DNA of 64,000 nucleotides from a virus (Duplodnaviria; Heunggongvirae; Uroviricota; Caudoviricetes): IMG/VR virus record IMGVR_UViG_3300045988_149737; one strand, 5' to 3'. Shown piece by piece: positions 1 to 9,673 of this stretch (position 1 is its first letter; each line of letters starts with the position of its first letter). The notes under the pieces were generated by a model. It saw only the letters and a program-made list of their open reading frames with translations, ran no database searches and was not told where the DNA came from. The position numbers and the translations under genes were made by a program.

Positions 1-2
1 TA

Positions 3-170
3 GATGGAGAAGAAGGTGAACGGTATTACACTGTAGATTATTCTGGTGTTACTGGCTTGCTTGTTCAGGTAGCCAGAGAGTCAGACGACAGGATAACAGC
101 ACTGGAAGAAGAAAACGCAGAATTAAGACAAAGATTATCTGCAATTGAGGCGGCGCTTGCGTCTAAATAA
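3..170 (+). CDS. 3' end of a structural (tail-fibre-like) gene, truncated by window start
   Basis: Open frame from window edge to TAA 168-170; C-terminus ...RITALEEENAELRQRLSAIEAALASK is coiled-coil-like; terminator hairpin follows. Confidence 0.35.
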   Translation, partial: DGEEGERYYTVDYSGVTGLLVQVARESDDRITALEEENAELRQRLSAIEAALASK

Positions 171-176
171 TATTAA

Positions 177-199
177 GGGGCCGAGCGCCCCGTTTTATT
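177..199 (+). terminator. rho-independent terminator
   Basis: GGGGCcgagCGCCCC stem-loop followed by GTTTTATT. Confidence 0.6.
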
Positions 200-206
200 G
201 GGTGGG

Positions 207-497
207 ATGAAAATGGATATAACACCTTTCCTTCATGCACTTTGTGCTGTGGCTGCGCAGGTACTGGTTGGTCTTTTTACCGGAAACTGGGCTTACGGGG
301 CGATAGCCGGTTGTACATTCTTCATTGCGCGGGAACACACCCAGGCAGAATATCGCTGGATTGAAATGTTCGGGCATGGCAAGCGTATGAATATGCCGTG
401 GTGGGGCGGTTTTGATCTACGCGCGTGGGATGTAGCAAGCCTGATGGATTTTGCGATTCCACTTTTAGCGTGCACATTATTATATATTTTTATTTAA
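207..497 (+). CDS. small multi-pass membrane protein (possible holin)
   Basis: ORF 198..497; ATG at 207 after GGGTGGG; three hydrophobic segments; sits just upstream of lysis genes. Confidence 0.35.
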   Translation: MKMDITPFLHALCAVAAQVLVGLFTGNWAYGAIAGCTFFIAREHTQAEYRWIEMFGHGKRMNMPWWGGFDLRAWDVASLMDFAIPLLACTLLYIFI

Positions 498-666
498 TAT
501 AAGATTAACTGAGATATAGCTTACGCAAAGAAGGCAATAAATATAAAGAGAGATGTTCTGAGGTAATTTATTGTTGGTGTTTAAGTTTATTTACAGATAG
601 GTAAGTGCATACCTATATAAAAAAGATAAAATGTGATATAAATCCGCCATCCCGATTTGACTTTTC

Positions 667-1002
667 ATGGAGGAAAATATGTCGAACGAGATGGCGGGCG
701 TAACAACAGAGCAAGTTGAGCGCATTGCCGCGATCGTTGCTCGGGAGGTTGTCGGCAAATTAGGTAAAGAGCTACGTGAAGAAATTGGCCAGGAGGTTAA
801 CGATCAGCTGAAAACCTACTTTGGTGATATGACCCCGGCGCAACATAGTATTCAACACTCCAATCTGGACAAACTCCTTAACCGGTTGGACTCCATCTCA
901 AGTGGGTTCTTTGGCGGCATTGTTTCTAAAATAACGTCGTTCATTATTACTGCACTGCTTTTGGGGTTAGCCGCGTATGGCGTAAAAAGTGGACTGCAAT
1001 AA
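667..1002 (+). CDS. C-terminally membrane-anchored protein, lysis-associated candidate
   Basis: RBS GGAGGA before ATG; soluble N-terminal part then C-terminal TM FIITALLLGLAAYGV; immediately precedes endolysin candidate. Confidence 0.45.
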   Translation: MEENMSNEMAGVTTEQVERIAAIVAREVVGKLGKELREEIGQEVNDQLKTYFGDMTPAQHSIQHSNLDKLLNRLDSISSGFFGGIVSKITSFIITALLLGLAAYGVKSGLQ

Positions 1003-1015
1003 CAGGAGATCAAGG

Positions 1016-1708
1016 ATGAAGACTCCGAGAGGCATTCGTAATAATAACCCCGGTAATCTTGATAAAGGATCACCGTGGCAAGGTCTGGTTGCGAATCCAG
1101 ACGAACCGCGCTTTTGCACGTTTAAAGACCCTGTTTGGGGGATTCGCGCGCTGGCGGTGACTCTAATTACCTACCACGATAAACGTCGCGCAAAAGACGG
1201 CACAAGTATCGATACCATTCGTGAAGTTATTGAACGCTGGGCACCGCCGAATGAAAACAATACTGACGCCTACATTAATGAGGTGTCTAAAGCCGTTGGT
1301 GTAACCGCAGACATGATCATCGATCTGCATGATTACGACATCCTTCGACCTTTGGTTGAGGCAATCATTCGCCACGAGAATGGCCGAGGCCCGCTAAAAA
1401 CGCTGAACACCTGGTATGCAGCAGAAGTTATTGAGGAAGGTCTGCGTCGAGCTGGCGTTGTTAAGCCGGTGAAAACCGTGAAGGCTGTTCCTGTAACTAA
1501 AGAAACCGCAGGCGCAACTGTTACAGCAGGTATTGGTCTGGCGCAGCTGGCCGATGTTATGCCGCAGGTTTCCGCTGCTATGGATAAAGCACAAGGTCAT
1601 ATCTCTAGCGGGGATACAGTACGCATCATCTTCGGTATTGCCACTATTGTTGTGGCAGGATTCATTGCCTGGTCGCAGGTAAGAAAACACCAGAAAGGGA
1701 TGGTCTAA
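1016..1708 (+). CDS. putative muralytic/lysis protein (endolysin candidate) with C-terminal hydrophobic segment
   Basis: AGGAG RBS 7 nt before ATG 1016 (track start 989 probably too early); N-terminal RGIRNNNPGNL...W.G motif; position directly upstream of spanin pair. Confidence 0.4.
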   Translation: MKTPRGIRNNNPGNLDKGSPWQGLVANPDEPRFCTFKDPVWGIRALAVTLITYHDKRRAKDGTSIDTIREVIERWAPPNENNTDAYINEVSKAVGVTADMIIDLHDYDILRPLVEAIIRHENGRGPLKTLNTWYAAEVIEEGLRRAGVVKPVKTVKAVPVTKETAGATVTAGIGLAQLADVMPQVSAAMDKAQGHISSGDTVRIIFGIATIVVAGFIAWSQVRKHQKGMV

Positions 1709-1709
1709 T

Positions 1710-1961
1710 ATGCTAGGCAGCCTGATGACAAAGCTAAAAGTTGCTTTGATTACGCTGGCTGCCGTTCTTTTCGTTCTGGTCGGCGCTTACACGATGGGCG
1801 GAAATGCGGCGCGACGAGCAATGGAAGAGAAGGCAAAACAGGAAGACAGGAAACGACTTCAAAACACAGTGAAAGTGGTGAATGAGACGAGCAGTAAAAT
1901 ACGTCAGAAAGATGCTTCTGCCGTTCATCGTGAGTTGTATGATAAGTGGGTGCGTCATTAA
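1710..1961 (+). CDS. i-spanin-like (Rz-like) protein
   Basis: N-terminal TM then charged helical region; overlapped by a lipoprotein ORF in another frame. Confidence 0.5.
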   Translation: MLGSLMTKLKVALITLAAVLFVLVGAYTMGGNAARRAMEEKAKQEDRKRLQNTVKVVNETSSKIRQKDASAVHRELYDKWVRH

Positions 1962-2097
1962 ACCACAAACCACCAGCGTGTTGTTCTGCGATGGGGCTGA
2001 GCCTATCTATATCAGCAATAATGATGTAATGACTGAAGAAACCGAACGCCAAATCCTTTTTCACAATACGATGGGAGAGAGGGTTTGTGGTTGGTGA
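1912..2097 (+). CDS. o-spanin-like (Rz1-like) lipoprotein
   Basis: Track ORF 1882..2097 in +1 frame overlapping 3' end of 1710 gene; internal Met gives MLLPFIVSCMISGC with lipobox ISGC. Confidence 0.5.
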   Translation: MLLPFIVSCMISGCVIKPQTTSVLFCDGAEPIYISNNDVMTEETERQILFHNTMGERVCGW

Positions 2098-2129
2098 TGT
2101 CGAAGTTCCCCTCAAATGAGGGGAACACA

Positions 2130-2651
2130 TTATTCTTCGAACAATTTTTCGATAGATTTTGTAGGATAGAACAAAGAACGCTCGTTGTTACCAACCAGCT
2201 GGATAAAGCCTAAACTTTTATAAAACGCCTTGGCTTTGTCATTTAACGCCTCAACGAAAAGTCCATGAATGCCTACAGCAAGAGATGCATTGTACACAAC
2301 GCGCATTGCATGTGTTACAAGCATTGAGCCAAATCCTTGACCTTGAAGAGACTTGTCCAAAGCCAGCCTACCCAAAGTAACACTTGGAACATTCCGATAA
2401 GGAACCTTCTTTTGTTTGCTTCTTGAAGGTAAGGACTCCTTTTCAAAACAACTACCTGACAAAGTGTAATACCCTAACACTTTTGGCCTTTCTTCTTGAG
2501 TGCAAAGCACATAAGCACGAAGAATTTTTCCCTCATGCTGCCTTTTTAAGTGGTTGACTAAAAAGGCGTTTAGTGACTCTTCGCCGCAATCAAAACCGTT
2601 TAGATCATAATCTTTCTCTCCAGAGAAAATCTCTATCGTCGTATTGCTCAC
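2130..2651 (-). CDS. GNAT-family acetyltransferase toxin (TacT/AtaT/KacT-like)
   Basis: 173 aa; acetyl-CoA motif LQGQGFGSML; 7 bp downstream of a small RHH-like ORF on the same strand. Confidence 0.7.
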   Translation of the reverse strand: MSNTTIEIFSGEKDYDLNGFDCGEESLNAFLVNHLKRQHEGKILRAYVLCTQEERPKVLGYYTLSGSCFEKESLPSRSKQKKVPYRNVPSVTLGRLALDKSLQGQGFGSMLVTHAMRVVYNASLAVGIHGLFVEALNDKAKAFYKSLGFIQLVGNNERSLFYPTKSIEKLFEE

Positions 2652-2658
2652 GAGTAAA

Positions 2659-2928
2659 CTACTCCATGCTTTTCAGACGATTAGCAGCTCGTTTCAGCTT
2701 ATCGTTCGGTGCCGGAGGATTGCTTATAGCATCCATAACCAGATTCCAGGACTCTTCACTCAGAACCAGTCTTCGATGTTGTTCTATAACCTTTACGGCA
2801 CGTTCAGATGCACTGCTAACCATAAACTGGGTTATGCTCTGGTTAGACATTGCGGCAGCTTCCTCGATGATGCTTTTATCGTCATCGGTTAATCTCAAAT
2901 CGATGCGCTGCTTTTTCAGTGCGGACAT
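2659..2928 (-). CDS. RHH/DUF1778-like antitoxin (TacA-like)
   Basis: Internal Met of ORF 2659..3000 has AGGGGG RBS; about 89 aa; precedes GNAT toxin by 7 bp. Confidence 0.65.
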   Translation of the reverse strand: MSALKKQRIDLRLTDDDKSIIEEAAAMSNQSITQFMVSSASERAVKVIEQHRRLVLSEESWNLVMDAISNPPAPNDKLKRAANRLKSME

Positions 2929-3247
2929 TTGTACCCCCTGATGGCCTTTGATGTAGGAAGACCATCGCTCTCCTCTATTCAAACTGAGTTTTCGACTCAA
3001 AGATTACTTTAAAGGGCTATAGCCCATTATGTATGCGTCAACAAATTATGTACGGCATAACACCGTACTTGTAATATAGAGGTCATTGTTACTTTTTTCA
3101 ACAGACAAATACAAGCTATGATTGCCAATTGTTAATCACAACCTACCATTTAACCTTTACACCGCAGCCGTAGGCATTTAGGCTATATCACATATAAGAA
3201 AACAAGTTGTTTCAGACGATAATTATATACGCAAAGGGAACTCTCCA

Positions 3248-3916
3248 ATGACCAAGATCTTTGTGGTTGGCGGCACAAAGGGCGGGCCTGGCAAATCCAC
3301 CGTTGCCCAGCAAATTGCCGTTTGCCTGAAAGTCAAAAAGAAGAAGAAGGTTTATATTACCGATATAGATATTCAGCGCACGACAACGAGCTGGTGTGAA
3401 GACCGTCGACAGAACGAAGACCTTGAGCTGATTCCTTTTGCATACGTTCAGGATGACATCATTAAGCACCTAAAATCGCTTCAGGGTAGAGCTGAGTTTG
3501 TAGTGGTAGATGCTGGTGGCTTCGACTCCGAAATTCAGCGACAAGCGATGCTGATGGCTGACGTTATCATTATCCCGCTGCGTCCTAAGCGTCGTGATTT
3601 GAAATCTCTGCGTGACATCGATCCTATTATCGACAATGTTCGTAATGTAAACGATAAAGTGAAGGTCCGCGCGGTCATGAACCAGTGCCCGGCTTTGCCA
3701 TCACAAGTGTCTCGCATTCTGGCGGCTAAAGAGATTGTTGAGACGTTTGGAATCGAGTCTGCGCCAGTCAATCTATATAACCGCAACGTCTATGATGATG
3801 CGGAAGAGTCTGGTCGTTCTATCTTTGAAATGACCGGTAGCGAGCGCGACAAAAAGGCGGAAGCCGAGTTTGAAGAATTTGTAGATTATCTGTTGAGTCT
3901 GGAGGAAGAAGAATAA
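3248..3916 (+). CDS. parA: ParA-like partition ATPase (small, type Ib)
   Basis: Deviant Walker A GGTKGGPGKST; 222 aa; followed by overlapping small DNA-binding protein gene. Confidence 0.8.
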   Translation: MTKIFVVGGTKGGPGKSTVAQQIAVCLKVKKKKKVYITDIDIQRTTTSWCEDRRQNEDLELIPFAYVQDDIIKHLKSLQGRAEFVVVDAGGFDSEIQRQAMLMADVIIIPLRPKRRDLKSLRDIDPIIDNVRNVNDKVKVRAVMNQCPALPSQVSRILAAKEIVETFGIESAPVNLYNRNVYDDAEESGRSIFEMTGSERDKKAEAEFEEFVDYLLSLEEEE

Positions 3917-4275
3917 TGTCCATGAAAATGGGTGACCTAGCAAAGCGCAAAGAGCCTGATGCACCGGCTAAGAACACAACTCCTTTGCGCCAACCAGTCA
4001 GACCACAGGGACGCCCGACTCGTGGCAAAGAGAAAATTAAAAGCCGCACAATGTCACTGGAGGACGAATACTTCGAACTGCTGGAGATGATGAAGTTCAT
4101 CCCTCGCTTCGAGAAGTTCACTCGTTCTGACGTGATTCGAGCAGCCATTTTCCATCTGGCAGAGAAGTCACCGCAGGAAATCGAGGACATCGTGAAATTG
4201 AATGAGGCGATCACCGCTGCCGATGTCACGATGCGTACCGATGAAATCAAACGAGAGTTGATGAAGAAAGGTTAA
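3916..4275 (+). CDS. small centromere-binding partition protein (ParG/ParB-like, RHH-type)
   Basis: ATG overlaps parA stop (TAATG); basic N-terminus, helical C-terminal half. Confidence 0.55.
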   Translation: MSMKMGDLAKRKEPDAPAKNTTPLRQPVRPQGRPTRGKEKIKSRTMSLEDEYFELLEMMKFIPRFEKFTRSDVIRAAIFHLAEKSPQEIEDIVKLNEAITAADVTMRTDEIKRELMKKG

Positions 4276-4279
4276 AAAT

Positions 4280-4312
4280 CATGCATTGGCGCGTACATTG
4301 CGCCAATGCATG
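4280..4312. terminator. GC-rich perfect hairpin between convergent genes (bidirectional terminator candidate)
   Basis: CATGCATTGGCGC (4280-4292) / GCGCCAATGCATG (4300-4312), 13-bp perfect inverted repeat, 7-nt loop. Confidence 0.5.
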
Positions 4313-4327
4313 ACTACAGTGTCAGCT

Positions 4328-5095
4328 TTATGCCGCGCTAACACTATGTTCAGTCCTAACCACCCCAACCTTCACAAAAGGGCTACCGTAGCTTGGTGGC
4401 TTCTTGATTAATTTGCCTACATACAGTTTTCTAATATGCTCATCGGCTATTCTGCCAACAAATTCATAACGTTTTGTGTCGGGGCCAAGAGCTATATCCC
4501 TTGTAAAGTACTGCTGAGAACCGGCTTTGACCCAGCATTCAATCTGATAAACTTCCATTATCAGCCCACCATATGTAGCGTAGGCATATTTGAGATTCTC
4601 GTCTCTTGGAACCTTTGCCCATACGCCACGCGTAGCTTCATATAATGCCAGAGCGGACATTCCTGACTTGTAGGTGCTGTTTAGCAGGAAGGCAAGACCG
4701 GCGTGCTCAGGAGCAATTTCAGTTTCCTCTTGCAGCACTAAGTGATGGTAGGCGTCCAGTGATATTCTGCCCATCATGGAACCACTTCCTCGAACCTTAT
4801 TCGTAAGCTCTCCGACCCCCATAAGGTCGATGCATGTCGCCTCAACAAGTTTGGCTGTGGTTTCATCCATACCATGACGAAGAATATCTATGCCTAATTT
4901 TTTATTAGCCAAAAGTTCTTTGATCCGCATGGATTTGGGAGAGTCATCGGGATACTTGATGTGATCGAGACAACGAGTCGATTTGCCTTTTCCTATGTAA
5001 AACGGTCTTTTCATCTTGTCTTCTGTATCATAGAGACAGTAAACATAGTATTTAGCCTTATCCAATGATCTCGCGTATACCGATAAATCGTCCAT
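4328..5095 (-). CDS. GIY-YIG nuclease-domain protein
   Basis: N-terminal YVYCLYD...PFYIGKGKSTRCLDH matches GIY-(x10)-YIG spacing; isolated minus-strand gene. Confidence 0.5.
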   Translation of the reverse strand: MDDLSVYARSLDKAKYYVYCLYDTEDKMKRPFYIGKGKSTRCLDHIKYPDDSPKSMRIKELLANKKLGIDILRHGMDETTAKLVEATCIDLMGVGELTNKVRGSGSMMGRISLDAYHHLVLQEETEIAPEHAGLAFLLNSTYKSGMSALALYEATRGVWAKVPRDENLKYAYATYGGLIMEVYQIECWVKAGSQQYFTRDIALGPDTKRYEFVGRIADEHIRKLYVGKLIKKPPSYGSPFVKVGVVRTEHSVSAA

Positions 5096-5205
5096 TATTG
5101 CATCTCTTAGCTACTGACTAATGCGTTCTATTTTACACATAAGTTTTTAATCAATTTAACAGGCTCAAAGTGTAGAGCTTCTGGGCGTCTAAGACGACAA
5201 GTTAT

Positions 5206-5261
5206 GCCTGCTTCTGTATATATAAATAATAAGTAACTTATTAAATATATACGGAAGCAGG
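5206..5261. repeat. 56-bp inverted-repeat hairpin element, copy 1 of 2
   Basis: GCCTGCTTCTGTATAT ... ATATACGGAAGCAGG with AT-rich loop; near-identical copy at 51846-51902. Confidence 0.6.
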
Positions 5262-5378
5262 TCTTTTAAAAAGACACCACCAGAACAACTCCCTTCCGTT
5301 TCCACTTCCAAAAACTGCCACCAGTCGCTATCATCCGCTCATTGTGATAAGTAAGTAACTACCTACCAGGTGAGCCAC

Positions 5379-6119
5379 ATGAGCCAAATCTTTTTCGATA
5401 CCATCGACAACGACCAGTACGACTTCATGACAGAGTGGAATACCGCTGTTATGGACAAGTGGGTCGCTGAAAACATTGGTTTGTCGCGCTGTAAAGACGA
5501 GGCTGAACTCTTCGAGACGAAGTGGTTTGATTACCGCGACATGCATCCTCTCATGGCCACCTGTCTTTTTACGGAGGCATACAAACGTCAGTACTCAAAT
5601 ATCATGCTGACGCACGGTCGCGAACACTTTGAAACAGCTCCGTTCACCACCGGGTTAAAACGCCTGCCTTATCAGGAGTTGTCGACTGCCAATAAAACGT
5701 CGCTATGGAAAGCACGCCAGTTTGCGGATCGCTATTGCTGCTCATACGACTACTTTATCTCCACCGTTCTTTCCGCAGCTGCACGACGGCTGTGGGACAA
5801 GCTGCCGCGCCCACAGCATTTGTGGCAGCCAGAACTGATTGAGATATTTGAAGAGAAATTAGCCAGACGCGCAACAACCCGTCTGGATGACTCTCTTGTT
5901 AGCTTTAAGCATATGGGAGACATGCAGTTCAACCCGATTCAGGAAAGCTATTTTGAGTGGATTCTAGAGCGTTTACGCACCATCCCCCGCAGCAAGCGCA
6001 TACGCGCAATTTTCTCCGCTATCTGGCTAATGGAAATCGTTCCAGAGCGCCTTATTTCCGCCCACTTTCCAGAAGAACTGGAAGAAGCACGGCGGTTTAT
6101 TGATCCCCTATCTAATTAA
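5379..6119 (+). CDS. hypothetical protein
   Basis: ORF 5370..6119; ATG 5379 preceded by AGGTGA; no recognisable motifs. Confidence 0.5.
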   Translation: MSQIFFDTIDNDQYDFMTEWNTAVMDKWVAENIGLSRCKDEAELFETKWFDYRDMHPLMATCLFTEAYKRQYSNIMLTHGREHFETAPFTTGLKRLPYQELSTANKTSLWKARQFADRYCCSYDYFISTVLSAAARRLWDKLPRPQHLWQPELIEIFEEKLARRATTRLDDSLVSFKHMGDMQFNPIQESYFEWILERLRTIPRSKRIRAIFSAIWLMEIVPERLISAHFPEELEEARRFIDPLSN

Positions 6120-6162
6120 CTAATACTAGAAAACAATTTGTTTAAAAAACAAAGGAAAGCAC

Positions 6163-7503
6163 ATGACCGAACTTTGCCATACAGGACGCGGGCTGTCCGA
6201 AGAGTTTGATGAAGATTTTCAGAACAGATTGACGGCCTATTTTTGTCGTGATCACGAGTTTCTTACTCGTGCTGGAGATCTGGTTGTACCTAACCAATTT
6301 GCCAATGCGGCCAATGCCATATTGGTTAATATGGTTTCGGGCTATTACCGTATGTACAAGAGCGCGCCCTCTTCATCTGCGATTCTGGATATGCTTAAGC
6401 GTGCGAAACGCGATAAGACTATCCGTGAGGAACTATTCGCCGATGTTGTTGCTGCGTTTAAGCGCATCCTTGCAGAAAAATTGTCTGATACCTCGTACAT
6501 GGTTGACCAGGTATCAACCTTCGCAAAAAGCGTAGCGTTTGATGATGCTCTGATTAAGGCTGCTGAACTGAAAGAGAAGGGCGACTTTCAGGGGGCGATG
6601 GCAATCATGGCCAAGGTTCAGCAGATTGGATCGAACGAAGCGACCGGAATCTATGACTACTACACCTCCGCAAGTGAGCGATTGAAAGCGCGTGAATATG
6701 AGGCTTCAGAGGAGTATGTGCCAAACAGCATTACAACTGGACTCCCTCTGCTCGATAGGTTGCTGTACCAAAAAGGCTGGGCGAAGCGTGAAATGGTGCT
6801 CTTCATGGGGTTCGCTAAATCCGGTAAATCGACCGCAATGGGTGAGTTTTCCATAAACGCAACGCTTGCTGGCTACAATGTTCTGTATCTCTCGCTGGAG
6901 GTTCACACCACCATTTTATCCGACCGTTTTGATGCAAGATTGTCGGAGACAGAAATGTCCAAGCTGGTGGAACGGCGCGATGAGGTTCATCGTAAGTTGG
7001 CAGAGTTGGGAGCCACGAAGGGGATTGGTAGTTTGTGGGTTGTTGAGCGTCCGTCAGGAAGTATGTCACCGGCAGATCTGGATCGTATGCTTAACAGCAT
7101 GAAAGCCAATGGCATGGTGCCTGACATGGTTGTTGTCGACTATGCAGATTTGATGCGTGCCAGTTATGACCTTCGTGATGATCGCGCCAACATACGTAGT
7201 ATCTATACCGACTTACGTGCTCTTTATGACAAACACAACGTTGCTGGTATCACGGCATCGCAGACAAACCGTGAAGGTGGCGCGTCAGAAGTTGCCACAA
7301 TGATGCACGCTGCCGACAACATCGAAAAAGTACGTATTGCTGACCTGGTAATAACGATCAACAAAACCGAAGAAGAAGAAGCGAAAGGAGAGGCTCGTCT
7401 CTACTTTGCTGGTTCACGTAACCAGCAGGGAGGGATCAGCATTCGCGTTAAACAAAACCTCGAACAAATGCGCTTCATTGAGCGAATCTTAGACGTTACC
7501 TAA
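6163..7503 (+). CDS. DnaB-like replicative DNA helicase
   Basis: Walker A GFAKSGKST, RecA-like C-terminal domain with VVVDYADLM Walker B region. Confidence 0.75.
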   Translation: MTELCHTGRGLSEEFDEDFQNRLTAYFCRDHEFLTRAGDLVVPNQFANAANAILVNMVSGYYRMYKSAPSSSAILDMLKRAKRDKTIREELFADVVAAFKRILAEKLSDTSYMVDQVSTFAKSVAFDDALIKAAELKEKGDFQGAMAIMAKVQQIGSNEATGIYDYYTSASERLKAREYEASEEYVPNSITTGLPLLDRLLYQKGWAKREMVLFMGFAKSGKSTAMGEFSINATLAGYNVLYLSLEVHTTILSDRFDARLSETEMSKLVERRDEVHRKLAELGATKGIGSLWVVERPSGSMSPADLDRMLNSMKANGMVPDMVVVDYADLMRASYDLRDDRANIRSIYTDLRALYDKHNVAGITASQTNREGGASEVATMMHAADNIEKVRIADLVITINKTEEEEAKGEARLYFAGSRNQQGGISIRVKQNLEQMRFIERILDVT

Positions 7504-7511
7504 AAAATAAG

Positions 7512-7535
7512 CGTGGAGAACGCCTCCACGCTTGA
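7512..7535 (+). terminator. stem-loop after helicase gene
   Basis: AGCGTGGAGaacgCCTCCACGCT; no clear U-tract. Confidence 0.35.
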
Positions 7536-7584
7536 TTCATTGGTGAAACAACTTTTCTTTTGCCAAACCACAAAAGAAAAACAC

Positions 7585-8763
7585 ATGAGCCTTTATGTTA
7601 TATCAACATTTAGGTTGGTCACAATATTGCCTATTAAAAGTGGAATTATCGTGAGCGAGCTGAAAGAGCTAATTACCGAATTAGATTTTGAACAATGGTT
7701 GGACACTGAAGGTATCGTTTATCGACGTGGAGGCGTGAGTGCTCGCGGTCGTGAAGTGAATATCAAGGAGTGTCCGGTATGCGGCAGCTCCAACTGGAAG
7801 GTATATTTCAATCTGACCAGTGGCGTCGGTAAATGCTTCGCTGGTGATCATCCCGAAGAGATTCAGTTCAATAAGCTGGTCTTCCTCAAGCACTACAGCG
7901 GCAAATCACGACGACAGTTCGAGGAATATGTGCAGAACGCCCTTCTTTCCCAGGGGTGGGCACCAAAGAAAGAAGAGATAGTGCTTGCAAGCACAGTCGA
8001 GTTAGAGGGACCACTTGCACTCCCTCGTCATTACGAACTTCCTATAGATGGCCGTCTTCCAGACTATCTGGTTGAACGAAACATATCGCCTGAAATGGCA
8101 AAGTATTTTGACCTACGATACTGCGTCGAAGGTAAGCACGCCTATGTAGATCCGTATACAGATCAGGTTAAAGGACAGATATTCGATATGCGAATACTGA
8201 TACCGGTTTACGATCTGGATGGGGTAATGAAGACATTTCAGGGACGAGACATTACCGGTACAGCAGAACGCCGCTACCTCTTTCCTATGCAGCTTCCAGC
8301 TTCAGGTAAGTTTCTCTACAACGGCCATAATGCAGTCGGCAAACAGACTGTAGTTGTCTGTGAGGGGGCGTTCGATGTTATGGGGGTTAAACGAGCTATT
8401 TTTGACGAAGAAACATTACGTGATTACGTGGAACCAATAGGAACGTTCGGGATGCATCTATCTGGTAACACCACTCAGGATGCAGAAGATCAGTTAGGCG
8501 CGTTCCTGACGCTCAAGGCGCGTGGGTTACGTAATGTGATCATGATGTGGGATAGTGAAAAGCAAGCTATACGTAATACGATGGCCGCAGCCAGGCGACT
8601 GACCAGTATTGGTCTTAATGTCAAAGTGGCGTGTTTGGGCGAGGAAGGACTCGACCCGGGCGATGCAACGCCAGAGCAAATCATCAAAGCCTATTATCGG
8701 GCAAAACCGTATACCAAGCAGTTGGAGTTACAAAGCAAGGTTTTGGGCATTAAGGCTCTATGA
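7585..8763 (+). CDS. DNA primase (zinc-binding + TOPRIM)
   Basis: CPVCGSSNW...KCFAGDH zinc motif; VVVCEGAFDVMGV TOPRIM; start moved to ATG 7585 (AAAAGAAAAACACATG) because track start 7513 lies inside the upstream hairpin. Confidence 0.7.
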   Translation: MSLYVISTFRLVTILPIKSGIIVSELKELITELDFEQWLDTEGIVYRRGGVSARGREVNIKECPVCGSSNWKVYFNLTSGVGKCFAGDHPEEIQFNKLVFLKHYSGKSRRQFEEYVQNALLSQGWAPKKEEIVLASTVELEGPLALPRHYELPIDGRLPDYLVERNISPEMAKYFDLRYCVEGKHAYVDPYTDQVKGQIFDMRILIPVYDLDGVMKTFQGRDITGTAERRYLFPMQLPASGKFLYNGHNAVGKQTVVVCEGAFDVMGVKRAIFDEETLRDYVEPIGTFGMHLSGNTTQDAEDQLGAFLTLKARGLRNVIMMWDSEKQAIRNTMAAARRLTSIGLNVKVACLGEEGLDPGDATPEQIIKAYYRAKPYTKQLELQSKVLGIKAL

Positions 8764-8841
8764 TAACAATCACCTTTAAAATAAGTAGATGATTACTTAT
8801 CTTTCTGTGAGAATACTTTCATCTGTTAGCTAGGAGTTGGT

Positions 8842-9618
8842 ATGAAAGACGAAATTCAGAAATTAGCCTGCGACATCATTGATAAAACTGGTTTAGAAAT
8901 CAGCGAGAGCAATCGGCTAGACATCATTGAAAAAGCCGTAAAAACAGCAATGGATCATATCGCCACTCGTTTGGTCGAGATCCCGCTACCAGGGCTACCT
9001 TATCTGAAAGTTGAGTTACACGTATGGGGTGAACCTTCTTGTTCACGGCGTTCTGCATTAGTTGTTTTTATTAGCAAAGAAAACCCGCTCAGTCTTAAAG
9101 TGCAGGTTGGTGCATGGATGGATGGAAAAGTGATCTACACAAATACCGTTTTTTGTCTTTCAAACGACGAAACTATTGAAGCGGCCATTCAAGAAGCAGT
9201 TCTAGCAATGCGCAGCAGCGGTTTGATGAAGAATAACTACGAAGAGTACTTGCGTTCGATAAGTGGTGAAAAGACATTATCTCTGAAAGCAGATTTCGTT
9301 ACCCCGAAAAATCTGTTGGAAGTCTTGCTTAATAAAGGGGCTAATGATGCCGTAAATGTAATCAGAGAGAGTGAGTATGCGTCTCTTTGCGACATGTGCA
9401 AAAGCCAGTTGGATCTGGTGCATATCGTTATTGATGCTGGGAAGGCATGTGATGGCGTAATGGCGGAATTTGCTTGGAAGGTGGTCAGGATTGCTAACGA
9501 ATTACCGATGATAGAGCAAGAGGCTAAATCATACGCCACCAATCATGTCACAGAGCTTCTTGCCCCCTATCGCTTAGAAAGCAATCAGAGCAAGATGATT
9601 AGCTGGGGAAGTTGGTAA
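8842..9618 (+). CDS. hypothetical protein
   Basis: 258-aa ORF in + strand operon. Confidence 0.45.
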   Translation: MKDEIQKLACDIIDKTGLEISESNRLDIIEKAVKTAMDHIATRLVEIPLPGLPYLKVELHVWGEPSCSRRSALVVFISKENPLSLKVQVGAWMDGKVIYTNTVFCLSNDETIEAAIQEAVLAMRSSGLMKNNYEEYLRSISGEKTLSLKADFVTPKNLLEVLLNKGANDAVNVIRESEYASLCDMCKSQLDLVHIVIDAGKACDGVMAEFAWKVVRIANELPMIEQEAKSYATNHVTELLAPYRLESNQSKMISWGSW

Positions 9619-9673
9619 TCTCTCCGCGCGTCGTTTTTTACGCAAATAACGATAGGTAAGTACAAGATTATTT

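Noticed and set aside
7513-7584. N-terminal 24 codons of the primase ORF as annotated in the track
   Set aside because: Codons 1-8 lie inside the stem-loop after the helicase gene, and a conserved AAAAGAAAAACACATG context marks ATG 7585 as the likely start.
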